From an uncultured virus (IMG/VR IMGVR_UViG_3300050035_000427) (taxonomy: Duplodnaviria; Heunggongvirae; Uroviricota; Caudoviricetes): a stretch of 64,000 nt of DNA. A model generated the notes under the pieces. That model searched no databases and was not told where the DNA came from. It saw only the letters and a program-made list of their open reading frames with translations. Both the position numbers and the translations under genes were made by a program. Below are positions 1 through 10,843 of the stretch, one piece after another (within the stretch, counting starts at the first letter, position 1; the number at the start of each line of letters is the position of its first letter). The DNA lies in the IMG/VR virus record IMGVR_UViG_3300050035_000427; one strand, written 5' to 3'.

Positions 1-1
1 T

Positions 2-3000
2 GTGGTGGTCAACTATTCCTTCGATCGCACCGATACACTGATCACCAACGAGAATCTGACCAACCAGATTCCCACCTTCGCTTCCCTGACTCTCCAGACT
101 CTCGCCCTGTCTCTTTCGGTTCCTGGGGCGACAGGCAATGAAGTGACTTTGGCCTTCACCCTGGCTTCTTCAATGAATGGAGTTGCTGACGTTGCAGCGG
201 TCACGGTCAATGGCAATGCAGTGAGTGTGGAACTTCGGAACAACGACATTGGCAACACCATTCGCACCGTGGGCAAAGTGGCTTCTCTGCTCAACAATGT
301 TCTGACTCTGTCGGCAGGGTATATCCTGGTCGCTTCTGCTTCTACCACACCGGCAACTGCTGTCTCAGCCACTCCTTTTGTTGGTGGAACTGGTCAGAGC
401 ACCAACACGACTTTCTCCGTATCTCACCTTCCCATCACCGACGGATCGAACGCTGGAGCCGCAACCACTACTCCTTCCGATGTGACGGTTTTGGTGAACG
501 GCACAGCAGCTTCAGTCACGGCAGTCAATGGAGCAGCAGGACAGTTCACTCTGGCAACAGGCGTCACCACTGGCCAGACTCTGGAAGTCTCCTACTACAC
601 CAACACCTACCAGAGAACCTTCGACGTCATTCCTTCTCCGAATGTCAGTTCGATCATTGAAGTGGGCCTTGGTCCCGACAGATCTGACTATATTCAGGGA
701 ATTGACTACGTCCTCAGTGGCAACACCATCTCCTGGGGAGCAGCGGTCACCACAGAACAGGGAGCAGTGATCGGCACAACCGCTCCTTTCAACGGTCTCT
801 ACATCATCACGACCTTGAAGGACGATCATGCGTATCTTCGTAAGGTAACTGGTGGAATCAGCAACAGCGTCAACCTGAGCTTCACTCTGGCTGACGTGCC
901 GGTTGATGGATCTGGTCTGGGCAATCCGACCAATGACCCTTCTCTGATCAAGGTGTACGTGGGAACGGATCCGATCGCGGCTTTCACTTCAGGAGTTGTG
1001 ACGGTTTCGAGCCTTCGTGGAGATTCGGCGACGGTGGTTCTCAAGAATCCTCCGGCAATCGGATCTTTCGTGTATGCTTCTTACTATCGCTCTGTGCTGA
1101 ACGATCACACCCTTTCACTGACGGCCACGAATCCGGCTGCTAGTGGATACATCATCACTGACGAAAACGGCATCGTTGTTCCGACAGCCCAGATCACTAC
1201 GATCATGACTGGCGGCGGTATAACCCCGGCTTCTGAAAGCACCACGATGGTCTGGCCTTACAGCTTCTCCGATCTCAAGGCAGCGATCGAAGGACCGAAC
1301 GAAGTTGTGACTCTCACCTTCCAGAATGACAGCCTGTACCAGAACACGGTTCCTGGAACTCAGGCTGGCGCCACTATCCAGCACCTGGTCCTGCAGGCCA
1401 CAACAATTGGCGTCAATGTTACCACCAATGTCTCTTTCGTGGCAGGAGCACCAGTGGCGGACAGTCTTGCCGTGACTGTAACTGGAGAAGCGATTTCGGT
1501 GAACATCACCACTTCTATCTCCGGTGTTCGCACCATGGGAGACATTCTCACCATTTTCGACACCTATCCAGTTTCCACTACTCTGGCTGGTGTCGTTCTT
1601 GCTACTCTTTCCAGCACGTACACCGCAACCCCGGCAACGGCAGCTGGTCCGATCAGTTTCAGTGGAGGCACCGCCACCACTGGAACCAATCCATACGCGG
1701 ATCGCTTCATCGTGACTTCTACTCTATCCAGTGGTTCTGCTGGCACTGGCTACGTGGGACAGACCTATGTCGATGCCAGAACAGGACTGAAGTTCACTCT
1801 GGTTCCGATGTTTCCATCCACTGCTGCTCTCAGCTATGGATACACTTCTGCTCCATCTGGATACATCTGGGAGCCTGCTGACACAATTGCCATCACGGTG
1901 TCTAACGCAACAACTCGCCATGCTTCACAGATTCCCACCATCGACGTTCCGGGAGTCTGGACTGAAGTCGAGCAGTTCTTCAATGTGGGCACCGGCAACA
2001 CGGCCATCATCACGACCTTCAATGGATCTGGCAATGGACCTTCGGTGGGTGAGTACTACTACATCACCTACACGGTCGCAAAGCAGGCCAGCGACTACGC
2101 TCTGAAGTTGTACACCAGCGCGGCGGATGCCTATGCGGCATACGGACAGCCTTCTGCTATCAACCGTCTGTCCTTGGGCATCTATCTCGCAACTCTCAAT
2201 GGTGCTCAGACCTTTGGTTGCATCCAGGTCCCACAGCAGCTTAACTCGAACCAGGCCGCCGATTCCGAGTACATCGCGGCTTTGCAGACTTTGACCACAA
2301 CTCTACCAGGAAGCGATTCCAAGGTCAACGTGATCGTGCCTCTCAGCACTTCGCTGACGGTACAGCAGGCACTTTCTCGCCAGCTGATCACCCAGGCTCA
2401 GATTCGCAATCGTGGAGAGGCAATCGGATTCGTGGGCTTCAATCAGTTCACCACTCCGACTCTGGCTCGCCAGTATGCTCGGTCTCTCGCCAATTCCCGC
2501 GTTGTCGCGGTGGCTCCATTCTACGCAGCCGTGCAGCTTCCCACGCAGGATGCCAACGGAGTCTTCGAAGTCATCGGTGTGACGGGCGAATTCATTGCGG
2601 CGGCTCTTGCCGGCCTGAACCTCAACACGGCAAACGACGTTGCAACCTCGCTCACCAACCAGAACCTGGTAGGATTCACTCAGCTTCTGCAACGCTACGA
2701 CGATCCCACCAAGGATCTCATGGCAGGAAGCGGAATCACGGTCTTGGAAGAGAACAACGGAGCACTGTATGTTCGCGACTACCTGACCACTGATCCTTCG
2801 AACCCGATCACCAGCGAGCCGACTTCCACCACTATCGTCGACTACACTCGCCAGCAGTTCCGCCTTGGCCTCAAGCAGTTCATCGCTCGCAAGTTCACGG
2901 CTCAACTCCTGAACGACATCACGATCGTCTCCAACTCGATCTTGACGTCACTGGTTGGCAACGAAATTCTATCGGCTTTCGCAAATCTGTCGGTGGTTGC

Positions 3001-3103
3001 AAGTCCGACCGATCCAACCGTCGCTCTGGTCACTGTGGCCATCAAGCCTATCTTCGCTCTGAAGTACATCCAGGTCACCTTCTCGGTGGCTACACAGCTG
3101 TAA
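2..3103 (+). CDS. Contractile tail sheath protein (5' end outside window)
   Basis: >1000 aa T/S/G-rich ORF with Ig-like inserts; the C-terminus (RDYLTTDP...IVDYTRQQFRLGLKQFIARK...VTVAIKPIFALKYIQVTF) resembles the sheath C-terminal domain; tube-like gene nearby. Confidence 0.85.
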   Translation: MVVNYSFDRTDTLITNENLTNQIPTFASLTLQTLALSLSVPGATGNEVTLAFTLASSMNGVADVAAVTVNGNAVSVELRNNDIGNTIRTVGKVASLLNNVLTLSAGYILVASASTTPATAVSATPFVGGTGQSTNTTFSVSHLPITDGSNAGAATTTPSDVTVLVNGTAASVTAVNGAAGQFTLATGVTTGQTLEVSYYTNTYQRTFDVIPSPNVSSIIEVGLGPDRSDYIQGIDYVLSGNTISWGAAVTTEQGAVIGTTAPFNGLYIITTLKDDHAYLRKVTGGISNSVNLSFTLADVPVDGSGLGNPTNDPSLIKVYVGTDPIAAFTSGVVTVSSLRGDSATVVLKNPPAIGSFVYASYYRSVLNDHTLSLTATNPAASGYIITDENGIVVPTAQITTIMTGGGITPASESTTMVWPYSFSDLKAAIEGPNEVVTLTFQNDSLYQNTVPGTQAGATIQHLVLQATTIGVNVTTNVSFVAGAPVADSLAVTVTGEAISVNITTSISGVRTMGDILTIFDTYPVSTTLAGVVLATLSSTYTATPATAAGPISFSGGTATTGTNPYADRFIVTSTLSSGSAGTGYVGQTYVDARTGLKFTLVPMFPSTAALSYGYTSAPSGYIWEPADTIAITVSNATTRHASQIPTIDVPGVWTEVEQFFNVGTGNTAIITTFNGSGNGPSVGEYYYITYTVAKQASDYALKLYTSAADAYAAYGQPSAINRLSLGIYLATLNGAQTFGCIQVPQQLNSNQAADSEYIAALQTLTTTLPGSDSKVNVIVPLSTSLTVQQALSRQLITQAQIRNRGEAIGFVGFNQFTTPTLARQYARSLANSRVVAVAPFYAAVQLPTQDANGVFEVIGVTGEFIAAALAGLNLNTANDVATSLTNQNLVGFTQLLQRYDDPTKDLMAGSGITVLEENNGALYVRDYLTTDPSNPITSEPTSTTIVDYTRQQFRLGLKQFIARKFTAQLLNDITIVSNSILTSLVGNEILSAFANLSVVASPTDPTVALVTVAIKPIFALKYIQVTFSVATQL

Positions 3104-3108
3104 CCCAC

Positions 3109-3136
3109 GGGGAGGAGCGATCCTCCCCACATTTTC
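3109..3136 (+). terminator. Hairpin after sheath gene
   Basis: ggggagga-GCGA-tcctcccc 8-bp stem with GNRA loop, then acattttc. Confidence 0.55.
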
Positions 3137-3153
3137 TCGTCTGGTGAAGACAA

Positions 3154-3996
3154 ATGAAATCAAAGATGATCGCGCGTCGCAAGCAAGCAGCACCTCCGGT
3201 AACTCCTGCGGCCCCGGCTCCTCCAAAGCCTGTGGCTGCTCCACCTCCGGTTCCTGGTGTTGGTGCACCTCCAGTTCCTACGGCTCCTCAGGAATACCAA
3301 TCCACTGATGAAGCTCTCAAGGCTGTCAGCACTGACGTCCTGGCTTCAATGGTGAAGGCTCTCGTGGGTGGCAAGGAATTTGCGAACGACAAGGCGGCTC
3401 AGTTCTTGATCGAAACCATGACGGCTGAACTCAAGACTCGTCCGGTCCAGGTCGAGGATGGCGAACCTCGTCTCGCCTCCAACAAGAAGAAGGCCGGTTG
3501 GATTTCCGTCAACGACAAGACCATGGATCTCGAAGAAGGTGGCGATCGAGTTCCGGAAATTGCTGAAGCTCACGGAAAGCTGGAAGATCACACTGGCATC
3601 GTGAAGACCAGGGTGGTTCTCCCCGAGAAGCTCGCTGCTGCTGAAATTTCTACGGCTTCTGCAGTAAAGAAGGCTGAAGGATACGTTGCCAGTCTGAAGA
3701 ACACATACCTCGAATCCAAGGTTCTGAGCACTGTCAATGGAACTCGTCCAGTTCGCGAAGCGGTCGAGTCCATCTATGCTGCCTCTCTTCGGATGGCCGA
3801 TGCGACAAAGACACTTGCCAAACAGCAAGAGCAGGAAGAAGAGGAATCCGAAAAGGCCAGGAAGGCTCTTGAAACCAAGAAGTCAAGTTCGAAGTACAAG
3901 CTGGGCGGTTTGATGGTCGCGGCGGCTGAAGACGAGATCAAAGAAGACATTTGCAAGACTTGCAGAAAGCCTCAGTCTGCTTGTACCTGCGAGTAG
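3154..3996 (+). CDS. Hypothetical protein, possibly an internal head protein
   Basis: Pro-rich N-terminus, charged helical body, C-terminal CxxC...CxC; located in the virion module. Confidence 0.6.
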   Translation: MKSKMIARRKQAAPPVTPAAPAPPKPVAAPPPVPGVGAPPVPTAPQEYQSTDEALKAVSTDVLASMVKALVGGKEFANDKAAQFLIETMTAELKTRPVQVEDGEPRLASNKKKAGWISVNDKTMDLEEGGDRVPEIAEAHGKLEDHTGIVKTRVVLPEKLAAAEISTASAVKKAEGYVASLKNTYLESKVLSTVNGTRPVREAVESIYAASLRMADATKTLAKQQEQEEEESEKARKALETKKSSSKYKLGGLMVAAAEDEIKEDICKTCRKPQSACTCE

Positions 3997-4055
3997 TTTC
4001 TTCAAGTTTTCTTACTACCGGGCACCAGAGTTAGAAGCACACAGGAGATTGAATC

Positions 4056-4739
4056 ATGGCAACGGGCGCATATCTTTACCAAGAGGGGGCAACTCCTCAA
4101 ACAAGCACAGTCCTGAGCACCCGCTTCCGCATCTTTTCACATGCGGTGGGCAACGGCAAGTTCACGAAGTTGGGAGTGACGTCTTCTTTCAACATTCAGG
4201 AACAACGCAATGTCGAAGCGGTGCGTGGCTTGGGATTTGGCGATCAGGTTGCTGAGCTTGTGCCCGGAGTGACGGCCCCGATGTCAATCTCTGTGAATCG
4301 CACCGCTCTGTACCTGGCAAATCTTCAGCAGATGATGGGATACAAGGCTGGCGTTTCCGGCCTGGTCCGTTCACTGCGTCACCACAAGTGGCCCTTCGAT
4401 ATCAAGACCGAGATCGCCTTCTCGGAACTGGTGTCCGAGCTTGGCAGTGGTGCAGGCCCCGATTCAACAGTGGCGTCCTACTTCAACAGCGAGGGCGGTC
4501 TCAACAACTATGGCAACACCGGAATCTACGCTGTGGCCACGGTTTACGAGGGATGCTGGATGGAGTCCTACACATCCAACTACCAGGTCGAGCAGGCAGC
4601 GGTAACTGAAGATTGCCAGATTGTGGTGACGGATATCTTTGATTGCAGTGGGAGCGTGTACGGTGAGTTCATCGACGGAGGACTCAATAAAAATGACCCC
4701 ACCGGCAGAAGCCTCTTGTTTTCTTTAGTTGGAAGCTAA
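4056..4739 (+). CDS. Tail tube protein
   Basis: 227 aa after sheath; RNVEAVRGLGFGDQVAELVPG and TVYEGCWMESY resemble myophage tube motifs; aggag RBS. Confidence 0.75.
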   Translation: MATGAYLYQEGATPQTSTVLSTRFRIFSHAVGNGKFTKLGVTSSFNIQEQRNVEAVRGLGFGDQVAELVPGVTAPMSISVNRTALYLANLQQMMGYKAGVSGLVRSLRHHKWPFDIKTEIAFSELVSELGSGAGPDSTVASYFNSEGGLNNYGNTGIYAVATVYEGCWMESYTSNYQVEQAAVTEDCQIVVTDIFDCSGSVYGEFIDGGLNKNDPTGRSLLFSLVGS

Positions 4740-4824
4740 CCCAGTTTACTGACACAAGTCTGAACTTCGCAGTATTAGAGAGGTGAGCAGAACATCGTTC
4801 ACCTTTTCTATTGCGAGGATTCCA

Positions 4825-5751
4825 ATGAACGTCTTCACCGTTTATAAAACCGTCAATCTGATCAATCATCGCTATTATCAAGGAGTCCACGAAACTTCTA
4901 ATCCCAACGACAGCTATCTAGGTTCCGGCATCGTTCTCACAAGAGCCGTAGCCAAGTATGGTGCCAGCAACTTCTCCAAAGAAATCTTATTCGTATACAA
5001 CACAGCAGAAGAAGCCTTCTCCAAAGAGGTCGAACTTTGCGCTATTTCCAAAAATGATCCTCTTTGCTACAATCTACATCCCGGTGGCAAAGGAGGTTTC
5101 AAGTTCATACTAGATCATCACCTGATGACTCCAGTACCCAAAGAATTCCTCACAGGTCGCAAGCCCGGTTCCAAGAATCTCATTGTCCCTGTCACAATAT
5201 TTCCTGAACCAGTTTGTAAGTACGGATGTGGACTAGGAGCCAGGTTTCTTCTTGGAGAGAAAGGCACTCCTTGCTGCTCTGATCATTCTGGTAAGTGTGC
5301 CGGATATAAAGCCTCAAAGAAGTCCACCAAAGTGAAACGAATCTATAAACAAGAGTTGATCTGTTTCTACGGATGTGATAGGTCTGCCAGCTATCTTCTA
5401 GGAGTTAGTGAGAAACCTTGTTGTTCCAAATCCTTTTACGATTGTCCTGGTCACTGGAATAATAGACCGAGCATATCTCTTCCGGAAATGAGAGCAAAAT
5501 CAGAGATTACTATGTTGAAGAGGTACGGAGTAGTTAATCCGTCATCGGATCCTGAACTTCTCGCTAAAAGAACAGCAACTAATGTTAGACTCTATGGAGG
5601 AGCCAGCCCCACCTGTGATTCCACCGTTAATCAAAAGCGCATTCGTACCAACAAGAAACGCTTTGGTGGCAACGCTCCAGCCTGTTCTAAGGAAATCAGG
5701 GACAAGATGAATGCTACTCGGAGGAAATCCAAACTTCTCCCCTCTTCTTAG
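4825..5751 (+). CDS. GIY-YIG (Seg-like) homing endonuclease with Cys-rich repeats
   Basis: VYKTVNLINHRYYQGVH...DSYLGSG; two CxYGC...PCC repeats; YGxxxP repeats. Confidence 0.8.
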   Translation: MNVFTVYKTVNLINHRYYQGVHETSNPNDSYLGSGIVLTRAVAKYGASNFSKEILFVYNTAEEAFSKEVELCAISKNDPLCYNLHPGGKGGFKFILDHHLMTPVPKEFLTGRKPGSKNLIVPVTIFPEPVCKYGCGLGARFLLGEKGTPCCSDHSGKCAGYKASKKSTKVKRIYKQELICFYGCDRSASYLLGVSEKPCCSKSFYDCPGHWNNRPSISLPEMRAKSEITMLKRYGVVNPSSDPELLAKRTATNVRLYGGASPTCDSTVNQKRIRTNKKRFGGNAPACSKEIRDKMNATRRKSKLLPSS

Positions 5752-5758
5752 AGGCAAT

Positions 5759-6175
5759 ATGATGTATAGTCGTCTTCTCCAGCCTAAGACTGCAGTCTTC
5801 TACGCTTCCCCTGAAGGAGAAACTGACGATCCATTCTATGGACCTATTCCCAGAGGGGTGGGCGGTGCAGATCTTGACGGTATTCCGGACTCTCCGATAA
5901 ACAACAAAACTCCTGAATATGCTGAGGAGTCTCGCGGGTACAAGAACCCTCTGGCTGAGAAGGGAACTGAGAACAAGGATGAGGATGCCAACTTGGTGGA
6001 AGGAATTCCTCCCGGTTTGATTGTGGCAGGAGTGGATATCCACGAGTCTCCGACGAAGCTCCCGCCGCGCAATGATCTACGCAGACACCTCGACAAAGAC
6101 GCTCTAGAAGAAGATGAAGAGCCTGAGATGAGGCATCTGATCTCATGTTTAGTAGTTGCTGAGAAGGAAATCTGA
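5759..6175 (+). CDS. Hypothetical acidic protein
   Basis: ORF with gagg RBS in the head module. Confidence 0.55.
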   Translation: MMYSRLLQPKTAVFYASPEGETDDPFYGPIPRGVGGADLDGIPDSPINNKTPEYAEESRGYKNPLAEKGTENKDEDANLVEGIPPGLIVAGVDIHESPTKLPPRNDLRRHLDKDALEEDEEPEMRHLISCLVVAEKEI

Positions 6176-6201
6176 CTAAGAGACTCTCTATAGGAAGCAC
6201 A

Positions 6202-7191
6202 ATGACGAAACTGCCTTTTGGACACAAAATCTCGCAGGCTAATCCAACATGGGATGAAGTGTGCCTTGAGATGATTCTGGAGAAGTACCCGGACTGCGAC
6301 CAGAAAGCAGTGGAAAACTATCTGAAATTTGTAGCGGATGGAAAACAAGTAAATGGAAAATTAGAAGGTCATCATACCTTGATGAGAGCTGATTTTCCTC
6401 AGTATATAGACACACCTGTTAACATCGTTAAGCTGACAGCACGCAATCACTTTGTAGCTCACTACTTGTTAGCAAAGGCGGTTCCATCATCTTCCAGTAT
6501 TCAAATCACTTTTTATCTCATGGCCAACATGAAAAGGGCTATGTATCTAAAATTGCAAGAAGTTTATAAGATGGCAGATGTATACGAAGCCTCTAAACTT
6601 CACATACCTTCGACAAAGGGGTTCACTCCAGTTTATAACCCAGATACTAAAATGGTTGTACTCATGTCTAAAACAGATCCTGTAGTGGTTTCAGGACAGT
6701 TTAGACATCACACAACAGGAACTACTTCAGTGAGAGACAAGCAGAGGAACTGTTTTCGTGTTCCCAAAGACGACTCTAGGATAATTTCCGGAGAATTACA
6801 ACCAATCAACAAAGGAAGAAAAGTTCGTATGAATACAGTAACGGGAGAAACTGCTTCTATGATTGCTGGAGATGTCAGGCTAGAAGATCCCAACTGGGTT
6901 CATCCCTCTACAGGAAAAGTAGCTGTAGTTGATTCAGAAGGAAATACTTTTTCTGTCTCAAAAAATGATTCTCGTTTTCTTTCAGGTGAATTACGTGGTG
7001 TAATGTCAGCTGCCTCTGAGGATACTAGAAAAAGAATCGGAAATGCTCAGTTAGGTAGACATCCTTCTCTGGAATTGAGAAAATTGTGGAGTAAGCGACG
7101 TAAAGGACGGGTTGTTTCACAGAAGACAAGAGACAAAATCAGTGCCTCTCATTTTCTTATGCATCAGAAAAGGAGAGAAAATGTCATTTAA
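6202..7191 (+). CDS. HNH homing endonuclease with repeats and NUMOD3-like tail
   Basis: EGHHTL...NIVKLTARNHFVAHYLL; repeated xKxDxR..SGEL units; basic C-terminus. Confidence 0.8.
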   Translation: MTKLPFGHKISQANPTWDEVCLEMILEKYPDCDQKAVENYLKFVADGKQVNGKLEGHHTLMRADFPQYIDTPVNIVKLTARNHFVAHYLLAKAVPSSSSIQITFYLMANMKRAMYLKLQEVYKMADVYEASKLHIPSTKGFTPVYNPDTKMVVLMSKTDPVVVSGQFRHHTTGTTSVRDKQRNCFRVPKDDSRIISGELQPINKGRKVRMNTVTGETASMIAGDVRLEDPNWVHPSTGKVAVVDSEGNTFSVSKNDSRFLSGELRGVMSAASEDTRKRIGNAQLGRHPSLELRKLWSKRRKGRVVSQKTRDKISASHFLMHQKRRENVI

Positions 7192-8056
7192 GAAGCAGGC
7201 TCAGGCAGTACTAGCCAGCCCACTTGTCAGTCTTAATGATTGGCATAAGATGTATGGAAATAACGCTTTTGGAGTTAAGACTGCCTCATTGAAGAAAGTT
7301 GCGGAGTCATCTCAGTACCTTCTATCTCATTGCACAATTATGGCATCAGTAATGGTAGAGGCAGAACCTTATGACTACCTAATTAAGCCTGAGACGAGCC
7401 ATTTGGCTAATAATAATCAGGACGCCTGGAGTAATGAAGTACTCAAAATGAGTCACAAATCTTTCATTGGTGCATTCAATTTTCTTGAACACTTCCAAAA
7501 TTCTAAGCATGCCAAGGGACATATTCTAGACGCTGTCCTTCGTAAAGTATCGATTGCTTCTCCGGATATTTGGGTCTACTTTTGTGATATTTTGGTAGCA
7601 ACAGATATGAAACATGAATCACTTGTAGGAGATATCCGTTCGGGTAAAACTAAGTATATGTCGATGGGTTGCGTCGCAGATGAAGTTACATGCTCCTTTT
7701 GTGGAACTAGAGTCACTGATGCCAACACCTATTGTCAGCATCTCAATTTTCAGAAAGGCATGTTCATGCCTGATGACGACGGTGTTCCTCGGATCATAGT
7801 GGAATTGTGCGGACGGCCTTCGCTTCCAGGTGGTGGAGTTCATTTTATCGAGGCTTCATGGGTTGAGACCCCTGCCTTTCCTGGAGCGGAACTTCGTGGG
7901 ATTATATCTGACGAGAACGGGAACGATACCTGGACAGGACCTAAGACTAAGTTTACATATAGTACCACCGCTGGAATTAAGAAAGCTGCCTCTAGTCCAA
8001 GAGAAGAGTTGTCCAGAGCTTCCATTGCCGATTTTAGACGGAGGTTTGGTTCATGA
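7181..8056 (+). CDS. Prohead (capsid maturation) protease
   Basis: NFLEH, SMGC..CSFCG..CQHL and FIEASWVETPAFPGA motifs; directly upstream of scaffold and capsid genes. Confidence 0.7.
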   Translation: MSFKKQAQAVLASPLVSLNDWHKMYGNNAFGVKTASLKKVAESSQYLLSHCTIMASVMVEAEPYDYLIKPETSHLANNNQDAWSNEVLKMSHKSFIGAFNFLEHFQNSKHAKGHILDAVLRKVSIASPDIWVYFCDILVATDMKHESLVGDIRSGKTKYMSMGCVADEVTCSFCGTRVTDANTYCQHLNFQKGMFMPDDDGVPRIIVELCGRPSLPGGGVHFIEASWVETPAFPGAELRGIISDENGNDTWTGPKTKFTYSTTAGIKKAASSPREELSRASIADFRRRFGS

Positions 8057-8126
8057 AGATTACCTGTTGGTATAAGAAACGACTTCAAAACACCCTAGTA
8101 GTGAGTGGTTCACTGGAGACTGCGCA

Positions 8127-10160
8127 ATGCGTAAACTTTCTCAACTGAAACAGGCTCTCTTGAAGAAGGAAGCTGATCTTGACATGCTTGACGACCAGAT
8201 CATGTCTCTGCCGACTTCTTCAGTCAAGTTTGACTCCCTTGCCCAGAAGCGTGAGGACATGGAAACCGATATCCGTCAGCTTCGAGAGGGCATCGAGGTT
8301 CTCAATGCTTGGGACACTCTCAAGGGCGGCGATTGGTCAGATGAGATGAAACAGTCTCTCGGCGAAATCGATCCGTTGGTCGTGGAAATGGCGACCGGCG
8401 AGGCTGATGAAGGAATGGGCATGGATGATTTGGGTATGGGTGCTCCTCCCATGACCGACTTCGCACCTGAAGCTCCTCTGCCTCCTCCTGCACCAGCTGT
8501 TGAACCTCCTCCCCTGGAAGAGCCTGTAGCACCTCCGCCTGTTGAAGAAAACACCATGGATGAAATTCCTTCCGGTGATGAACTTGCCGGCGAAGAGCCA
8601 CCGGCGGAAGAGCCACCTGTCGAGGAAGAACCTCCTGCTGAAGAGGCACCGATTACGGCATCAAGCAAGAAATCCAACTTCCCGACTCCAAGTAAGAAAG
8701 GCACTCCGGTGCCTACCGCTCAGAAGAAAGGCAACACAACCATGGCGACTGCGACCGAAACCACGAAGTCTTCTTCTCTTAAGGATAGAATCGCTGCTAT
8801 CAAATCAAAGAGAGCAGAAGCGATCAATAAGGAAGCACAGACTAGAGTCGCTTCCGCTTGGACTGTTGCTAAGACTCTTTTGCCCACAGCCCCTGCAACC
8901 ATTCAACAGAAGCTAGCAGAATCTCTTCTGGCGAATACCACCAAGGCTCTCAAGGCCATCTGCCGGCAGACAGCGAGAAATGCTGCTTTCCAGAAGACCT
9001 GCGAGGCGATCGCGTCGGTCACCAAGACCACGATGAATGACCTCATGGAGAACCCAAGCATTCTTGCCAGTGAAGAGAGTGCTGTGAAGTCTGAATTGAA
9101 GGGTGATCCCAAGAGTGCCACCACGAAGAAGGCTGACGACCGCAAGGACGCTGGCCCGGTGCCTCCTGCTTATCCCGAACCCATCCGCAAGGAACCTGCT
9201 GAGATCGATGCCGGCAAGGCTGGCGATCGTGAAAAGGACACCGTCGACAAGACCATGAGCGACCAGAAGGTCACGCCCAAGGAAGCAGCCAAGACCAAGA
9301 AGGCCTGCTCTGCCTGTGGCAAGGATCACCTGGAAGGCGAATGCTCGATGGCGCCAACAGCGTCCAAGAAGACCAAGAAGGCCGGTCCTGAGGACATGGC
9401 TCCCCCGGCTGCAGGCCCCACGGCTCCTCCAGTTGAAGAAGGCGGCGACATGCCTCTACCTCCTCTGCCGGAAGAGGGTGAAGGCGAAGAGAAGCCTGAA
9501 GGTGAGTCCGAGGAAGTGGTTGGCGACGAAGAGAAGCTCGAAGTTGTTGAGCAGATCGACGAAGTCATCCAGGACATCGAACAGATCAAGGATGACATCG
9601 AGGAGAATTCCGAAGAGCTCAACCTTGAAAGCATCTTCGACAACGACAAGCTCGAGGACAAGGAAGCATCTCTCGCCAACAATGGCAACGTCACTGCCGG
9701 CGAAGACGACAATGACTTCCTACCCAGTTCAGCCCAGAACATGGAAGCCAGCATGGAAGAGTCTCCCATCGGTGACATGTTCGACCTGACTGCCTCCGAT
9801 GCTGACCCGATGGCTCGTCTCTTGGGCAGCACCAAGTATGCCGAAGTGGACGCGTCTCTGTCCAAGGTCGTGAAGCCTGGGGATATCGCTCAGACCTTCA
9901 AGACTGATGCCGTTGGCAAGGATCCTCGTGATAACGAAACCGATCACGAAGATTCTCTGCTGACTGACATCCTCAAGAGTCTCGACCAGGACGACTACGA
10001 CACCACTCGTGACCAGACTTCGCACCAGGAAGAGCCCACCGAGGCCAACACCAAGGTCGGCACCAAGAAGTCCATCACCAAACTGAAGACTGTGGTTGCG
10101 GCGGCTCCTGCTGCGGAATCCAATCTGGCGTCTCTGCTGTTCAGCGACGACGACATGTAA
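8127..10160 (+). CDS. Scaffold-like acidic/Pro-rich head protein
   Basis: 677 aa low-complexity E/D/P-rich protein with coiled coils, between protease and capsid genes. Confidence 0.6.
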   Translation: MRKLSQLKQALLKKEADLDMLDDQIMSLPTSSVKFDSLAQKREDMETDIRQLREGIEVLNAWDTLKGGDWSDEMKQSLGEIDPLVVEMATGEADEGMGMDDLGMGAPPMTDFAPEAPLPPPAPAVEPPPLEEPVAPPPVEENTMDEIPSGDELAGEEPPAEEPPVEEEPPAEEAPITASSKKSNFPTPSKKGTPVPTAQKKGNTTMATATETTKSSSLKDRIAAIKSKRAEAINKEAQTRVASAWTVAKTLLPTAPATIQQKLAESLLANTTKALKAICRQTARNAAFQKTCEAIASVTKTTMNDLMENPSILASEESAVKSELKGDPKSATTKKADDRKDAGPVPPAYPEPIRKEPAEIDAGKAGDREKDTVDKTMSDQKVTPKEAAKTKKACSACGKDHLEGECSMAPTASKKTKKAGPEDMAPPAAGPTAPPVEEGGDMPLPPLPEEGEGEEKPEGESEEVVGDEEKLEVVEQIDEVIQDIEQIKDDIEENSEELNLESIFDNDKLEDKEASLANNGNVTAGEDDNDFLPSSAQNMEASMEESPIGDMFDLTASDADPMARLLGSTKYAEVDASLSKVVKPGDIAQTFKTDAVGKDPRDNETDHEDSLLTDILKSLDQDDYDTTRDQTSHQEEPTEANTKVGTKKSITKLKTVVAAAPAAESNLASLLFSDDDM

Positions 10161-10187
10161 ACCCAGTAAAACCAGTTACATCACAGG

Positions 10188-10215
10188 GTCGGCTCAGATT
10201 AACCTCTGAGCCGAT
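10188..10215. terminator. Hairpin between convergent genes
   Basis: gtcggctcaga/tctgagccgat 11-bp stem. Confidence 0.6.
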
Positions 10216-10216
10216 T

Positions 10217-10843
10217 CTATTTGAAGTGAAGACAGTATCTTCTATGTCCTCCATAAACTCCCTTGGTGACTTGAATGAACTTCGCTCCACATTTAGGACA
10301 GGTGTAATCATGCAATTTAGTATTCTCAGTTAAATTCACTCTTGTAGCAACGGAAGATTGAGACTGTTTTCTGGGGATATTCCAACTGTTAGATATTTTG
10401 TCCTTGTGATCCTTGGTTTTTGGTACTCCAGTAAGTTTATCAGATAATGCCTTGGCTGCTTTTCGATGAATTTCTTTAGTTCCTTCAGGATCGTCAATCC
10501 ACTGCTGTTTCTTGAATTGACTCAGCTTTCTTTTGGTCTCTTCGTTGGCTCGACATCCGTGACCACCGAGAGTGAGATTGTACCCGATCTTGGGATCAGA
10601 TGAACGAAGAAGAATGATCCAGAGAGTTTCAAATTCGTTCAACTTGTCTATACTGGAGGTTTCACAAAGAAGTTCCATAGTGAAACTTGACTCTCCATAT
10701 TTTCTCATTGCTTTGTACAAATAGGAATTATCTCCATATTTAGCATTTTTGACATGCTGATTCCATCGTTCTCTCAGTGAAAGAACAGTTTGGCCAACAT
10801 AGAATTTTCCGTTAACGAGATTGGTGATTAAGTAGACGCACAT
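10217..10843 (-). CDS. GIY-YIG homing endonuclease (NUMOD3)
   Basis: CVYLITNLVNGKFYVGQT...AMRKYG...GYNLTLGG. Confidence 0.85.
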   Translation of the reverse strand: MCVYLITNLVNGKFYVGQTVLSLRERWNQHVKNAKYGDNSYLYKAMRKYGESSFTMELLCETSSIDKLNEFETLWIILLRSSDPKIGYNLTLGGHGCRANEETKRKLSQFKKQQWIDDPEGTKEIHRKAAKALSDKLTGVPKTKDHKDKISNSWNIPRKQSQSSVATRVNLTENTKLHDYTCPKCGAKFIQVTKGVYGGHRRYCLHFK

